From NCBI GenBank assembly GCA_951406725.2, contig OX597831.1:22010001-22074000 (forward strand): 64,000 nt of DNA. The letters run 5' to 3'. The number at the start of each line of letters is the position of its first letter. Position 1 is the stretch's first letter. Below, piece after piece: positions 13,117-27,224 of this stretch. This stretch comes from Octopus vulgaris (Eukaryota). The notes beneath the pieces were generated by a model. That model made no database searches, had not been told where the DNA came from, and worked only from the letters and a program-made list of their open reading frames with translations. The translations under genes and the position numbers were made by a program.

Positions 13117-13374
13117 TCCGTTGCTGTTGCTACTGCTGCTGTTCTTGCTCTTTAACCCTAGGCCAGATTTCTCTAAAGAAACTTAAGACAAAAGTGCCCG
13201 AGACATGACTTCTTTTATTTTCTCTGCGTTTACCTTTCTATTACTACCTTATACAATTTTTATGTTTTATTTAAGATAATATAGTGTTAATTGAGGGAAA
13301 GTTGGCTGTTAACTTTTGCATGTCTAGCGATCCGGTGGGTACTTTCTCGCTGGGTAGTATACAGTGATGTTTCG

Positions 13375-13596
13375 TCAGAATTTCATCTCAATCGAAGGAG
13401 AGGGGCTTTCTCCGTCCGGGTTGCAGATCCGTGGAATAAGCTGCCGGACGAGATAATGAAGATGCCGACGACCGCTCGGTTCAAAGTCTCCCTTGACCAC
13501 AAGTGGCCTGAACTCTTTACATGAACACGACCCTGTACATAACTCCATGTCCCCTTACATGGCCTTGCTTTTTGAGTCAAAAAATTAACTAACTAA
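13375..13596 (+). mobile_element. CR1-type LINE extreme 3' fragment
   Basis: RRGAFSVRVADPWNKLPDEIMKMPTTARFKVSLD followed by a short UTR and (CTAA)n-like tail. Confidence 0.8.
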
Positions 13597-14059
13597 GAAT
13601 GTGTGGCCAAAACCGCATCGTAGTTGATCCTACAGACACAACAGTGTAGAGTTCCAGTGTACCGCTTCCCTTCTCTGTGATAGAAATTTCACTTCTGAAT
13701 TTCCTTCACCTCAAATTTATCGCTATTTTACCTTATGGCGTAGTTATTTCATCTCCTATGTTAACTATTTCATCTCCTGGGTTGGCTATTTCATCTCCTG
13801 GGTTAGCTATTTCATCTCCTGGCGTAGCTATTTCCCCTCCTAGGTATCTACTCCACGGGAAGCTACTTCACATTCTTCACGTCCTGGTGAAGCTATTTCA
13901 CTTCCAACGGTAGCTATTTCAGTGTTTGGTGGGAGCTATTCACCTCCTACGGTAAGTATTTCACATCTCTGGAGTAACTGCTTCATCTGGAGTTGATATT
14001 TCACCTCCCGAAATAGCTATTTCACTTTACGGTGTAACCGCTTTTCCTCCCACTGATAT

Positions 14060-14231
14060 ATTTCTTTATTATCCACAAGGGGCTAAACATAGAAGGGACA
14101 GACAAAGGGATTAAGTCAATTACATCGACCCCAGTGCGTAACTGGTACTTAATTTATCGACCCCGAAAGGATGAAAGGCAAAGTCGACCTCGGCGGAATG
14201 TGAACTCAGAACGTAATGCTAGACGAAATAC
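14060..14231 (-). mobile_element. SINE family D, head-truncated
   Basis: atcgaccccgaaaggatgaaaggcaaagtcgacctcggcgg core. Confidence 0.85.
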
Positions 14232-14283
14232 ATCCTAGTGATAGAAATTCCATCTCCCAGTCTTTACAACTTAACACTCTAGT

Positions 14284-14514
14284 TATTTCTTTACTACCCA
14301 CAAGGGGCTAAACAAAGAGGGGACAAACAGGGACAGACAAACGGATTAAGTCGATTATATCGACCCCAGTGCGTAACTGGTACTTAATTTATCGACCCCG
14401 AAAGGATGAAAGGCAAAGTCGACCTCGGCGAAATTTGAACTCAGAACGTAATGCTAGACGAAATACGGCTACGCATTTCGCCCGGCGTGCTAACGATTCT
14501 GCCAGCTCGCCGCC
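14284..14514 (-). mobile_element. SINE family D, full length with target-site duplication
   Basis: tRNA-like head ggcggcgagctggcagaatcgttagc; cttaacactctagt duplicated at 14270-14283 and 14514-14527. Confidence 0.9.
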
Positions 14515-14770
14515 TTAACACTCTAGTGACATAGACTCTCCCTGCCACTGGTAGCCAATTCACTCACCAGTGGTAGCCACTAGATACTTCTCTACCAATG
14601 GTAGCAATTACACCTCCTTAGCCGTAGCTACTCTACATCCTAGCGCTAAAGACTCCGCCTATCAGACAAAGTACATGTGACCCACAACCTTAATTTGGAT
14701 CTCAGCTAATTAGCTGTATCACCCATCGATGGATAGTCTTGATGTTAAAAGGCCAAGCATTAATTACCCT

Positions 14771-14978
14771 CTAATTACAGAATCAATCAGAGCATTCAAT
14801 AAATATTTATCTGATTTTATTTTTGGATTGGAAGCTAATGAACTTGAAGTTAATTACTTCCTTTAATAGAAATACTAATTACAGAATCAATCAGAGCATT
14901 CAATAAATATTTATCTGATTTTATTTTTGGATTGGAAACTAATGAACTTGAAGTTAATTACTTCCTTTAATAGAAATA
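14771..14978. repeat. Near-perfect 104-bp tandem duplication
   Basis: 14771-14874 repeated at 14875-14978 with one visible mismatch. Confidence 0.9.
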
Positions 14979-15124
14979 TATAAGAATAATTTGGCGAAAC
15001 AGAAAATGTTCAAAAATAAAGATTTGTGAAGCATTAAGATACACGAAAACTAGAAAATACGCACGCTTACGCAGAGACACACGCATACATCCACTGACAT
15101 ATACACATATATAAAACTTTGTAT

Positions 15125-15226
<102 letters not shown>

Positions 15227-15320
15227 ATATATATGTATTAGGGTGAAAAGAAACACACGAGTTGATATATATGAAAAAAACAAGTCAAGATAGAAAATGC
15301 TAAAATAATTTTATAAAGAA

Positions 15321-15368
15321 CATTTCAGTACCGGTTTCGGTCATTTTGAGACCTTTTCAACTGTAACG
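15321..15368 (-). ncRNA. Minimal hammerhead motif, U3-A8 variant, in a PLE-like end next to (TA)n
   Basis: Minus strand: cag-TTGAAAA-ggtc tcaaaat gacc-GAAA-ccgg-TA-ctg. Confidence 0.7.
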
Positions 15369-15760
15369 ATTAAATAATTAAATTTAGAAAAATTAAAAGA
15401 AAAGTGTTTCTTAAAGGAATATTTATATAGTGTTCAAATATAAGTGGCATTCTGCCTTTCTCTGTCTCCCTTGTTTGCACTTGTGTGTTCGAGGTCGTTG
15501 TGAATATATATATATATATCTGAAACTGATAACGTGTGTCTGTCTGTCTGTCTGTCTGTTTCCCTAAAACTTGAGAACTACACAACCAATTTCATTCAAA
15601 TTTTACACATGCCTTACTTAGGGTCCATGTAGTTTCATGGGCAAAAAAAAATGTACAACTTCTTGCCTAGAGCGAGCCCATAGCAATATAATATCTTCTC
15701 CACTATTTCAGTATTACGTGTTAAAAGTGAAACAAAAACATTTCTCTATTTTATGTATTC

Positions 15761-15965
15761 GCCCCCCCCCCCTCCAACATCGCTTGACAACCGATGTCGG
15801 TGTGTTTACGTCCCCGTAACTTAGCCGTTCGGCAAAAGACCCATGGAATAAGTACTAGGCTTACAAAGAATAAGTCCCGGGGTCGATTTGCTCAACTAAA
15901 AGGCGGTGCTCCAGCATGGTCGTGGTCAAATGACTGAAACAAGTAAAAGAGAGTAAAAGAGAGAG
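15761..15965 (+). mobile_element. SINE family A 3' half
   Basis: aacatcgcttgacaaccgatg...tgaaacaagtaaaaga. Confidence 0.8.
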
Positions 15966-16288
15966 AGATATAACCAGATGAACAAACTGGACGCAAATGT
16001 AAACCACATCTATCGGACAGATTTTAATCAAATATGCTGTATAAATTACTGTAATAAGAAAACGCGTGTAGTTGTATAATTCTCATTATTGACTGAATTG
16101 TTCTGGTTATACACTTTTTAAACTGTTTTTAATCCAACGAAGCGATCCCTTCGAATAAAATATATTGGGATTGTTTACTTCACATAGTCATATTTTGTTC
16201 CTTTCCATGCAATACGTTTCGCCATCATTTGGATTATAATAGAGTACTTGAAAGATACCCACCTCGATATATTATCCCTATCTGTTCA

Positions 16289-16683
16289 TCTTTATATATA
16301 AAAGTAAGGTTGTGTGCTGTTTGTCTCCTACGATTTAGATTTCTAACTACTCCCACATTTTGCGGTGCAGTTTAACCAAAACCGGGTATCTTATAGTCGT
16401 GATTCATATCGAGCCCTTCTGGGTATTAGCGCGTCTACGATGAGTCTACAATTTAAAAAAAAAATTTACCATCAATTTTTCCCATTTTAATGCATTTTTG
16501 GCATATATAAGGGAAGTAACTCTCTAAAAATTTATTATTAAATCTCAGAACGTAAAAAGCTACAGTAACACCCCCCCCTTTGTGGATAGCCATATTGAGT
16601 TGGCTATTATACTTTACATCTCTAAAAATGCTTATATAGTTATTTCCCTTACAAAACCGAGCAACGCCGGGCGATACTGCTAG
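16289..16683 (+). mobile_element. Non-autonomous Helitron
   Basis: A|TC 5' end, subterminal GC-rich hairpin ccgagcaacgccggg, CTAG|T 3' end, no TSD; 3' end shared with 22763-23135. Confidence 0.85.
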
Positions 16684-16970
16684 TTATATATATAAATGTG
16701 TGTGTGTATTCATATACATATGCATGCATAATAACATACATATATATTTTAAAGTGAAAATACAACAAAAACAATAAAAAAGACACAAGCGAGATGTGGC
16801 TTTTGAAATACGGTATAACCTTGATACTTACACTAAAAGAGAATGTGCCATAACGCTTCGTGGGTTAGTTCTTCATCAGAAGAAGGAGCAATAACTAGAA
16901 GGCGTGGGAAAATAGGATGGTCTCGAGAGAAACAGAGACAGAGGGATACAAAAAGAAAGAGATAGAAGTG

Positions 16971-17010
<40 letters not shown>

Positions 17011-18572
17011 ATAAAACACAAACACATACACACTCGTCTATATATTGCCTTCTTTTATTTAAGACTAAACGCTAAGATTGTTTCGACATACACGAAGTAT
17101 TTTGATGTACATTGTAACAATGGTAGTGTCATCTCTTACATTAAGGAATAACACTTCACATTTGTAACATTTATTGCGAGATAAATTAATAGATTTGAAT
17201 AAGTTTATTTCGAGTGAACCAATTTCAACGAAGATAATGCATCAACGGCAAATATTACATGCATGTATATTATGCATATATACATACATTCATATATTTT
17301 TGTATGAGTGTGTGTGTGTATGTGTGTCTACGCATTAGATATGCGTTGTCCGTATGTATGTACAAATGTGTATATACATATATATGTAGTGAGAGAGAGA
17401 GAGACATCAAGGAAGGAAAAATAAAGCAGGCAAATTGGAAAATGGGAAAATTTGAATGCTATATAGCAATAATTACCACATGGGAAGTTGATAAAAGTGG
17501 GTATTTATTAAGAGTCTTAAGAAAATCAGAAGTCAAGCTTGAAATATTAAAATAAATTGTTTCAGAAAGCATCTTTTTCTCCACATATTAAATTTTCTAG
17601 AATACCGAAGCATAGTTTCACAGTTTTAATATGCAGTTCGCTTTGTAATATTAGAAAATTATTGAAGAATTTAAACCGAATTACAAATATTTCAACTTCA
17701 CCGCTACTTTCAAGATGTAATAATTTACATTCATTCTGTAGCAGAATGCTAATTTTTTCAATTTACACTTTCTCGTTCCTAAGATTGTTTTTTTATCAAA
17801 CAGAAATATGACAAACAAAGAAATTTCTCTGTTTTATTGTTGAGAATTAATAAATATGATTATACGATGTACAAATTATATGTAGATTGAACATTCAGCC
17901 ATTAGATTTCTGTGCAACAAACAATTATCTAATACACCATTGAAGGAAAGTGTCAGTTGCGTACAAGATGGTATATTTATTTAGTTTGTATTAAATTATA
18001 AAGTATTCTGGATCCTCTCAATATTCATGTTTTTAGATAACAAATTTTCTCACTCCCTCTTTCCCCCTCTGTATTCCTCTCTCTCTCTCTCTCTCTCTCT
18101 CCATATATTAAATTATTAAATCATTATATAAATATACATAAACACGCACACATACATGTATGTGTATAAAAGAGTTGTGTCAAATCTGGATTGAGAGAAT
18201 AATGTGGTTATCACAGTACGATTCTCAATCGGGATCAGTTATCAGTTTATTTCATAATCAATTACAACGTAGTGCAATCTAATAATGTGTTCCAGAAAAT
18301 CAAAGAAATATTTTTTTTCAGTGTGGAGTATATAAAGTATAAAGTTAGGAGGGGTGAAAGGTGAAGATACATTTATGTATCTACTTGACTTCCATGCAAT
18401 TACGTCCGTTTCATAACATTCTTCGTGCAGGATTCATTTCAGTATGCAATGAATTATATCTACATATTTGCATATATCTTCATATTTTCATTCAGTGTTA
18501 TATAATATTATGTCGTGGCTTCGTCTACGGATCAACTCTCTCTTTCTTTCTTTCTTTCTTTCTTTCTTCCTT

Positions 18573-18640
<68 letters not shown>

Positions 18641-18646
<6 letters not shown>

Positions 18647-19384
18647 GATAGAATTTCTCGAAAGAAATTCTATCAATGGCCAGCATATCAAAAAATACCT
18701 TTAAAGGTTAAATTTATAAACAATTTATGAGTAAGGGCAAATGAAAACATTTCTAATGCCAAATTATTCCGAAGATAGACGCTACGTCAATAACCATGTA
18801 ATTTATCACTACAAGCACGTGTTTCAAAGAAAGCCGACAGAAATTTCTAAAAAAATCCCGTTATTACCATATCGGACTCGATTTCAGAGTTAGTTCATAA
18901 GAACCTTCTCTTCATCAGTGATAAATGCGGCAAAGAAATAAGTGGAATACTTACTTATATCCATGGAAGAAACGAGCACTAAGACACGATGTTAATTTAA
19001 TAGTGTTCACTTCCGGACTCTCTCACTTTACGAGAGCTTTTCGGTTCGAATCGCACGTGTCTCGAGGTGTGTTAGAGAATTTCTACTTTGGATATATTTG
19101 GGGTACTTAGTTGTACTTGTGGCTTAGTGCTCGCTTCGTCCATGGGTATAGGTAAGTATTTCACTTAATTCTTTGCCGCATTTATCACTGATGAAGAGAA
19201 GGTTCTTATGAACTAACTCTGAAATCAGGTCCGATATGGTAATAACGGAATTTTTTTAGAAATTTCTGTCGGCTTTCTTTGAAAAACGTGCCTGTAGTGA
19301 TAAATTACATAGTTATTGACGTAGCGTCTATTTTCGGCATATTTTGGCATTAGAAATTTTTTCTTTTGCCCTTACTTATAAATT
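18641..19384 (-). mobile_element. PLE terminal-repeat fold-back within (TA)n with a hammerhead-like motif in each arm
   Basis: Arms 18722-18988 / 19117-19384 plus an ~80-bp tail; tatca-CTGATGA-agag..ctct-GAAA-tcga(g)-TC-cgata at 18869-18923 (-) and a variant at 19183-19236 (+). Confidence 0.8.
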
Positions 19385-19842
19385 ATATATATATATAGAT
19401 ATATATATATATAATGCAAAAACGAATTTCTGTGTGTCAGTTTGTCACACTTTAACCCCACCCACCTCTCTCACTTTCCAATAACACTTTTACTGTTCAT
19501 TTTAACAGAAAAGTATGGATTTACATACCGATTTACTGAACGCTATAAATAATGTTTGAAAACACGTTACATGATATAACGTCAGAAGTAGCCTGTAGAA
19601 AGAGGAGGGATATTTTTTTAGTGAATGTTAAATATAAAAAGAAAATTAATGTTTAAATTATATATAATGATAGAGATTACTTATATGAACTAAAGGTGTG
19701 TTTTTGCCAATGTTTACATCGGTATGCACGAAGAGAAGATTACATTGTCTTACACCATTTATTCCTTTGGAATGATATCAGTGAAATCTACGAAACATGT
19801 GTCGGAAGTAAAAGTATTTGAATTATACCTGCGTTAAACTCC

Positions 19843-19914
<72 letters not shown>

Positions 19915-19920
19915 GTATGC

Positions 19921-19964
<44 letters not shown>

Positions 19965-20134
19965 TGAGGGGCGAAGACAAGTGACAATTATATATATATT
20001 GAGAGGCGATGACAAGTGTCAATTCTGTAAATAATAATATTATGTTAGCTTATAAGTGATGAGCATGTATTGACAAAAGTAAATTGTGTAATATTGGGGC
20101 ATATAAGCCCTCGACGGAAAAGAGTTGGTTTTTC

Positions 20135-20206
20135 GTATGCATGGGACTCGAATCAACACATTTTATGCTCGCGATAAGTGTGCTAACCATTACACCAGAG
20201 TACCAA
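20135..20206 (-). pseudogene. tRNA-like sequence (SINE head or tRNA pseudogene)
   Basis: Minus strand ggtactctggtgtaatggttagcac...gattcgagtccc with A and B boxes but poor cloverleaf pairing; adjacent sequence is partly duplicated at ~20310-20425. Confidence 0.45.
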
Positions 20207-21662
20207 CTCACTCCTTCTCGTTAGATTTAGGAACTATTATTTCATAGTGTTGCTTTTGAGACAAACATGCACCTGCGTTTTCTGCGATGGATTGAAATGC
20301 GGTAACGAATGACAATTCTGTAAATAATCGCTTGGAAACGATCACAGTATATTGACTAAAGAAAATAGTCTAATTTTGAAGCATATAAGCTATCGACGAG
20401 AAAGTGGGTTTTCTGTACGCATGATACTTGAGAGGCAAGTAAACATTTCATGCTATTTCGCCTTGGTTTATTAAGGAAATAAAGCTGTTTGTATATCACC
20501 GGATGTTTGGTAACACAGGCCAGTAAAATTACAATTTAATTGAATTGGTGATCTGATAGTTGGATTTATGGTAGGTTCTACTCGATTTTTCGAATCCAAT
20601 TTCTATATCTTAAAATATATATGAGAAATGTAGGACACGAACCGCAGCAAAAAGGCAGGGGACAAGATAAAGACAAAACAAATCTTACTCTTTTGTTACC
20701 TGTTGTCTGAAACTTATGGCAACATCAATGCAATAATCAACAGAAGTGCACATTCGCTTCAGCGCGCTCGAATTTGAAACCAAGACTGGGCGAGAAGTAT
20801 ATGGCAAACATATTAAACAGTGAGTTCTTTCAACAATAGAAACAAGCTGAAATTGAACAACAAACCTTAGAAGATTGTGTGAAGTGTTACGCTAAGTGGA
20901 AATGAATGATTATTTGGTCGTTAGCCCATGAACTAAGAGAGGGACAAGGCGGAGAATGAAGTGACTTGTAGCAGGTCAGATAAAAAAAAAATTTAACAAG
21001 TTATGCTAGGTAGTATGAATAGAATCATGGGAATATAAAAACATTGTGGAATGGTTAGTATCGAAAACCGAGGTAAGGAGATAGAGAACAGACTAGAGAA
21101 AGAATAAAGGATGGTAGGGAGAAAAAGAGACGTGGAGAAAGACACAAAGAGAGAAAGCGAAAGACTGGGAAATATATATATATATAGAGAGAGAGAGTGA
21201 GAAAAGATAGAGAGAGAGAATGAGAGACAAGAAGAGAAAAGGGAACGGAAAGATGAAGAATGGAGGAGATAGTTGCCGAGAAATTCATACAAATCTAGAT
21301 AATTTTTTTGCGTGATTGAAGAAAATTTAAGCATGAACAACTCGTAAAACAGACACCACAACATACAAAGAAGGTAACTAGAGTATGGATACTTCATACA
21401 CTGAACTCACTGTATCTTGTTAAATGAACTAAATTATTGATCAAATCTATAATGCAGAGTGTGTAGAAATTTAAAAATGAATTTTTGAAATTTAAAATTG
21501 TTTGAGTTCCATGCTGAACTCTGTTTTAACGTTCTTCTTATTTATACTTTTTTTCTGTATTCTATATCATCTGATGATAGCGAACAACCAGAAAGTTAGG
21601 ACTGAGGGTCAAACTTTTTCTTGTGCAAATTAATTAACATATATTAGGTAGATAGATAGATA

Positions 21663-22094
<432 letters not shown>

Positions 22095-22099
22095 TGTTC

Positions 22100-23490
22100 A
22101 ATGACTGGTTAACGTTAATAATATCACTGTTATTGTTTTCATTAAGTGAATTTGTATTTAACAGCTTATTGTTATGCGAAGAAATGATTTGTGAAAGGTT
22201 TATGGTGTTTGAAAAACCTATCCTAATTCGGTGAGAATTGATAATGGAATGTTAACAGGAATTTTTTGGAAAATTCTTATCTATAACTTCACGAAAATGA
22301 GGTTGGATTTGCTCTGCTTATATGGAATGATCAGCCAAACAATTTTACTAGGACATGCCTTATTATTAGGGTAATTTATCTTTAAAAGTCCTAGACTTAT
22401 TTTTACTACGTGTAAAGGTATATAAAGAATGGTTATCTCCCTTAGGCTGCAAAATAACATTTTTCGATTTAGTGTTGTTATTTGAACAAAAATTTATATT
22501 GCTATTACCGCTATGACGTGTTTTCATGTCCTAATTAATAGAGGCAAAGTTAATGTCAGTAGGGTTAATATAGGTAATTGTTTCTTTATAGCCTCCTTTA
22601 AGTAAGGCAGAGTTATAAAATCCGGCTTTATCGTTAAAGATATCAACATTAGCAGGCAATGTAGGAATTCTAAGTGAAATATTTCTAAGTTCCTTGTAAA
22701 AGGATACACCATGTTATTAGGGTAATTATCTTTAAAAGTCCTAGACTTAATTTTATTACGTACTAGCAGTGTGGCCCGGCGTTGCTCGGGTTTGTAAGGG
22801 AAATAACTACAAAGCATTTTTAGAGAGTTATAGCCAAAAAATGGGAAAAAAATGATGGTAAATTTTTTTTTAGTTAAAAAGGTTGAGTTGCGTCCCCTAG
22901 ACAGTCTGTGGTTTGTGTTTCTGATTCTCGACCCCATGTCGAATTTATCGATTTTTTTCAGAACTGGGGGAACTTTTCAAAATTTTCGCTGCGTTAGTTT
23001 TGAATTATGACATTGGGCTATGTGTGTGTCAAGTTTCATCAGAATCGGTTGAAAGCCGTGGTCAGGGTGAGGGTACAAGCTAACAGACACACAGAAACAC
23101 ACACAGACAAACTGCCGTTTATATATAGAGAGAGATAAATGGACATAAAGAACGGTTATCTCCCTTACTCTGCAAAATTCCTTTTTTCGATTTAGTGTTG
23201 TTATTCGAACTAAAGTTTATATTGTTGTTACCGTTATGACTTGTTTTCGTGTCCTGATTAATAGAGGCAGAATTAATGTCAGTGGGGTTAATATAGGTAA
23301 TTTCTTTTTCTTTATAGCCTACTTTAAGTAAGGCAAAGCTATAAAATTAGGCTTTATCGTTAAAGGTATCAACATTAGCAGATAATCCAGAAATTCTAAG
23401 TGAAATATTTCTAAGTTCCTTGTAATAGCCTTTGGATAATTACTGAAAGAGCTAATAAATTTTAAAATTAGTTGAGGGTTTATGCATAGG
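22100..23490 (-). mobile_element. Penelope-like relic (RT thumb/linker) with internal ~345-bp tandem duplication and Helitron insert
   Basis: Minus-strand KFISSFSNYPKAI, RNISLRIPTLPANVDIFNDKAGFYNSALLKGGY, IVWLIIPY, FREVIDKNFP; units ~22364-22700 and ~22714-23420. Confidence 0.7.
22763..23135 (-). mobile_element. Non-autonomous Helitron
   Basis: TC...CTAG termini with hairpin; the paralogous duplicate unit lacks the insert. Confidence 0.9.
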
Positions 23491-23498
23491 TATGTACG

Positions 23499-23514
<16 letters not shown>

Positions 23515-23539
<25 letters not shown>

Positions 23540-24090
23540 ACCTATGTGTGTTTGTGTGCATAAGTAAGTGTGTGAGTGCTTGTGTGTGTGTGTACCTATG
23601 TGTGTTTGTGTGCATAAGTAAGTGTGTGAGTGCTTGTGTGTGTGTGTGTACCTATGTGTGTTTGTGTGCATAAGTAAGTGCGTGCGTGTGTGTGTGTGTA
23701 TGTGTGTGTGTGTGTGCGTATGTGTGTGTGTGTATGTGTGTGTGTGTGTGCGTGCGTGTGTGTGTTTGTGTGCATAAGTAAGTGTGTGTGTGTGTGTGTA
23801 CCTATGTGTGTTTGTGTGCATAAGTAAGTGTGTGAGTGCTTGTGTGTGTGTGTGTACCTATGTGTGTTTGTGTGCATAAGTAAGTGCGTGCGTGTGTGTG
23901 TGTGTATGTGTGTGTGTGTGTGCGTATGTGTGTGTGTGTGTATGTGTGTGTGTGTGTGCGTGCGTGTGTGTGTGTGTGTGTGTGTGTACCTATGTGTGTT
24001 TGTGTGCATAAGTAAGTGTGTGAGTGCTTGTGTGTGTGTGTACCTATGTGTGTTTGTGTGCATAAGTAAGTGTGTGAGTGCTTGTGTGTG
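23515..24090. repeat. Compound minisatellite (tacctatgtgtgtttgtgtgcataagtaagtg + (GT)n)
   Basis: The unit recurs about eight times with higher-order structure. Confidence 0.85.
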
Positions 24091-24094
24091 TTTC

Positions 24095-24295
24095 TATGTG
24101 TCTGTCCCTGCATCGCTTAATAACCGGTGTTGATTTATTTGCTTCCCCGTAAATTAGTTGTACGTCAAAAGAGAAATCGATAGAATAAAAACCAGACTTC
24201 CATAGATATGTACTGGGGTCGATTTCTTCCACTAAACCTCTTCTAGGCAGTGCCCCAGCGTGGCCGCAGTCCAATGACTGAAACAAGTAACAGAA
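24095..24295 (+). mobile_element. SINE family A 3' half, diverged
   Basis: catcgcttaataaccggtg...tgactgaaacaagtaa. Confidence 0.75.
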
Positions 24296-24420
24296 AAGTT
24301 GTTTGTGCGCATGCGTGTGTGTGTGTGTAAGTGTGTGTGTGTGTGTGTGTGCGTGTGTGTGTGTATGTGTGTGTGTGTATGTGCGTATGTGTGTGTGTAT
24401 GTGTGTGTGTGTGTATTTAA

Positions 24421-24748
24421 GTGAAGGCGCGTGATTTTGTGGTTAGGGTATTCGGCTCTCGATCGTACGGTCACAAGTTCGATACTTGGTAGTGCCCAAC
24501 GACACTTCATTACTTTATTTCACGTTGTTCCAGTTCACTCAGCTGGCCTGGCAAAAAATGTGTGGTGCCTGTAACTGGAAAGGGCCAGCGTTGTCACACT
24601 CTGTGCCACGCTGAATCTCGTTGAGAACTACATTAAGGGTTCACCTGTCTGTAGAATGCTCAGCCACTTGTACACTCATACCAGGAGCAGGCTGTTCCGA
24701 TTATTCGGATCAACTGGTAACCCTCGTCGTCGTAACCGACGGAGTGCC
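24421..24748 (+). mobile_element. SINE family B, diverged
   Basis: tRNA-like head and tail gtcgtcgtaaccgacggagtgc. Confidence 0.8.
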
Positions 24749-24861
24749 CGTTGTACAATTACATATCTTTTTGCCACTTCAACCTCTAGAAGTTTTATCC
24801 TTCCTCCTCTCCTACCACACACACACGCACTCACACATACACACACACAAACACACACACA

Positions 24862-24920
<59 letters not shown>

Positions 24921-24921
24921 A

Positions 24922-24962
<41 letters not shown>

Positions 24963-25025
24963 ACACACAAACACACAAACACACACACACACACACAGAG
25001 ACACAAACACACACACACACACACA

Positions 25026-25133
<108 letters not shown>

Positions 25134-25684
25134 TCAGCCGTCTTCAAATAGAATGCTTCAAAACATTAATTACCTTCTTCGACCCTCACCAATCATGGGT
25201 CATCATAAAAGTTCTAGTTTCATTTTAAACTAGAATTTTTCTTTGCTTTTCATCGGACTTTCATCGCTTCCATTGTTCTGTGTAGACCAAGGGTGGGCGG
25301 ATTTATTTTCTGTCTCTTTTTTCTGTCTTTGTCTTGGTCTATGTGATTTTTTTTGAGTATGTTTTTTTCTTTTCTTTTTCAGTATTTACTTTCGTATCTT
25401 CATTTGATCTTTTCTTCTTTAATTCGAATTCCAATACATGAATGAATGAATGAATAAATGAATGAATGTGTGTGTGTGCATGTGCGTGTGTGTGTGTGAT
25501 TGTACGTGTGTAAAGATATATATGTGTATGTGTGTGTGTATGTGTGTGTGTGTGTGTGTGTGTACATATATGTATATTTTGAGATAGATAAGAGCTGGAC
25601 AGATTGATGGATATATATGTGTGGGTCTATATATGTATACATATATAGATAAATAGATAGATAGACAGATAGATAGATAGATAT

Positions 25685-25759
<75 letters not shown>

Positions 25760-25852
25760 TGTGTATATGCATATGTATATATGTGTATGTGTAAATATAT
25801 ATATATATATATATGAACACAGGTTTTCACAGTAAGTCGTTACCTGGAAGAA

Positions 25853-25890
<38 letters not shown>

Positions 25891-26020
25891 AGATTCGAAC
25901 ACGCATATTTGTGCACGTGCCTTTGAGTTTATACGCATGATTATATTTCTGTCTTTCTCAAAATCTATCTTTCTCCCCCTCTTCTCTCTCTCCCTCTCTC
26001 CCCACCTCTCTCTCTCTCCA

Positions 26021-26066
<46 letters not shown>

Positions 26067-26418
26067 ACACACACACTATACTACGTGAATATTTTCTATC
26101 CATCTGGTTTTACATGCATTTTCTGATTTTATTAATAACTAATATTTTATATGTATTTCTTTCTGTGTCTATACACCTCGCTGGTTCTCTGTCTGACACC
26201 GACCTACAGTAGAACCAACACGGTCTCTAGTTGAAGATGATTGCATTGTCTACAGTTCCGACCTTGTCGAGATTTTTATTTTTTTCTTGAGACATTGGCC
26301 AGCAAATATCACAGACCGAATATCACCAACATTAATCACAGATGCTTTGGCAGGTCTCTGTAGGCCATTGACACTACAAGTACTTCTTCGATTCCTTATC
26401 AAATAATCTATCTATCTG

Positions 26419-26500
<82 letters not shown>

Positions 26501-26711
26501 AAACTACCTACCTACCTGTCTGCTTATCTACCTATCAATTTCTCTATGTATTTATCTACTTATCTATATACGTATTTGTTTCTCTCTCTATCAATTTACC
26601 TATCTTCCTATTTTTCTACCTACCCAATTATTTTCTAATCAATTTATCTATAAGGAGTATCTATGTATTTATCTGTTTGTCTGTGTATTTATGTATTAAT
26701 TTATACGTACA

Positions 26712-26766
<55 letters not shown>

Positions 26767-26957
26767 TTATCTACAATTTATCTACCTTTGTATCAAACCC
26801 ACCTACCTACCTACCTACCTACTGCCTGCCTGCCTACCTATCAACCAACCTACCTACCTACCTGCCTATCTACTAAGCTAACTACATACCTACCTAACTT
26901 CAAATCTACATAACAGTCTATTTTTCATTATCCATCAATCTATCAATTTGCATGCAC

Positions 26958-27004
<47 letters not shown>

Positions 27005-27224
27005 GATCGATCGATCTATCTATCTATCTATCTACCAATTTATCTACCTTTGTATCAATCGGTTTGTAGAACAACCTGTTTATCTGTCTATTTACCTATG
27101 TAATTATCTATTCAAAAACAATATATCATTCTCTCCACCTATACATATATCTATCTCTCTATCCCTATCAATCTTTCTAGCTGTTTGACTCTCTACCTAC
27201 CTACCTATCTATGTATCTATTTCT

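Larger units (their letters stand above)
13720..14660. repeat. ~21-bp minisatellite (tagctatttcatctcctgggt), interrupted by two SINE D copies
   Basis: Recurrent gctatttca(t/c)ctcc units, degenerating towards the ends. Confidence 0.75.

Noticed and set aside
13720-14050. Regular ~21-bp repeats, and the array at 23515-24090, as CRISPR
   Set aside because: No unique spacers, no cas genes and a eukaryotic context; these are minisatellites.
16850-16886. CTGATGA..GAAG hammerhead-like motif on the minus strand
   Set aside because: GAAA is altered and stems I and II do not pair; at most a decayed relic.
19758-19812. GAAA-catgtg-TC with flanking stem I
   Set aside because: The CUGANGA segment is unrecognisable (tttggaa); too degenerate to call.
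21566-21610. CTGATGA...GAAA (similar cases at ~32947, ~45695 and ~53635)
   Set aside because: The required helices or UH site cannot be formed; such matches are expected by chance.
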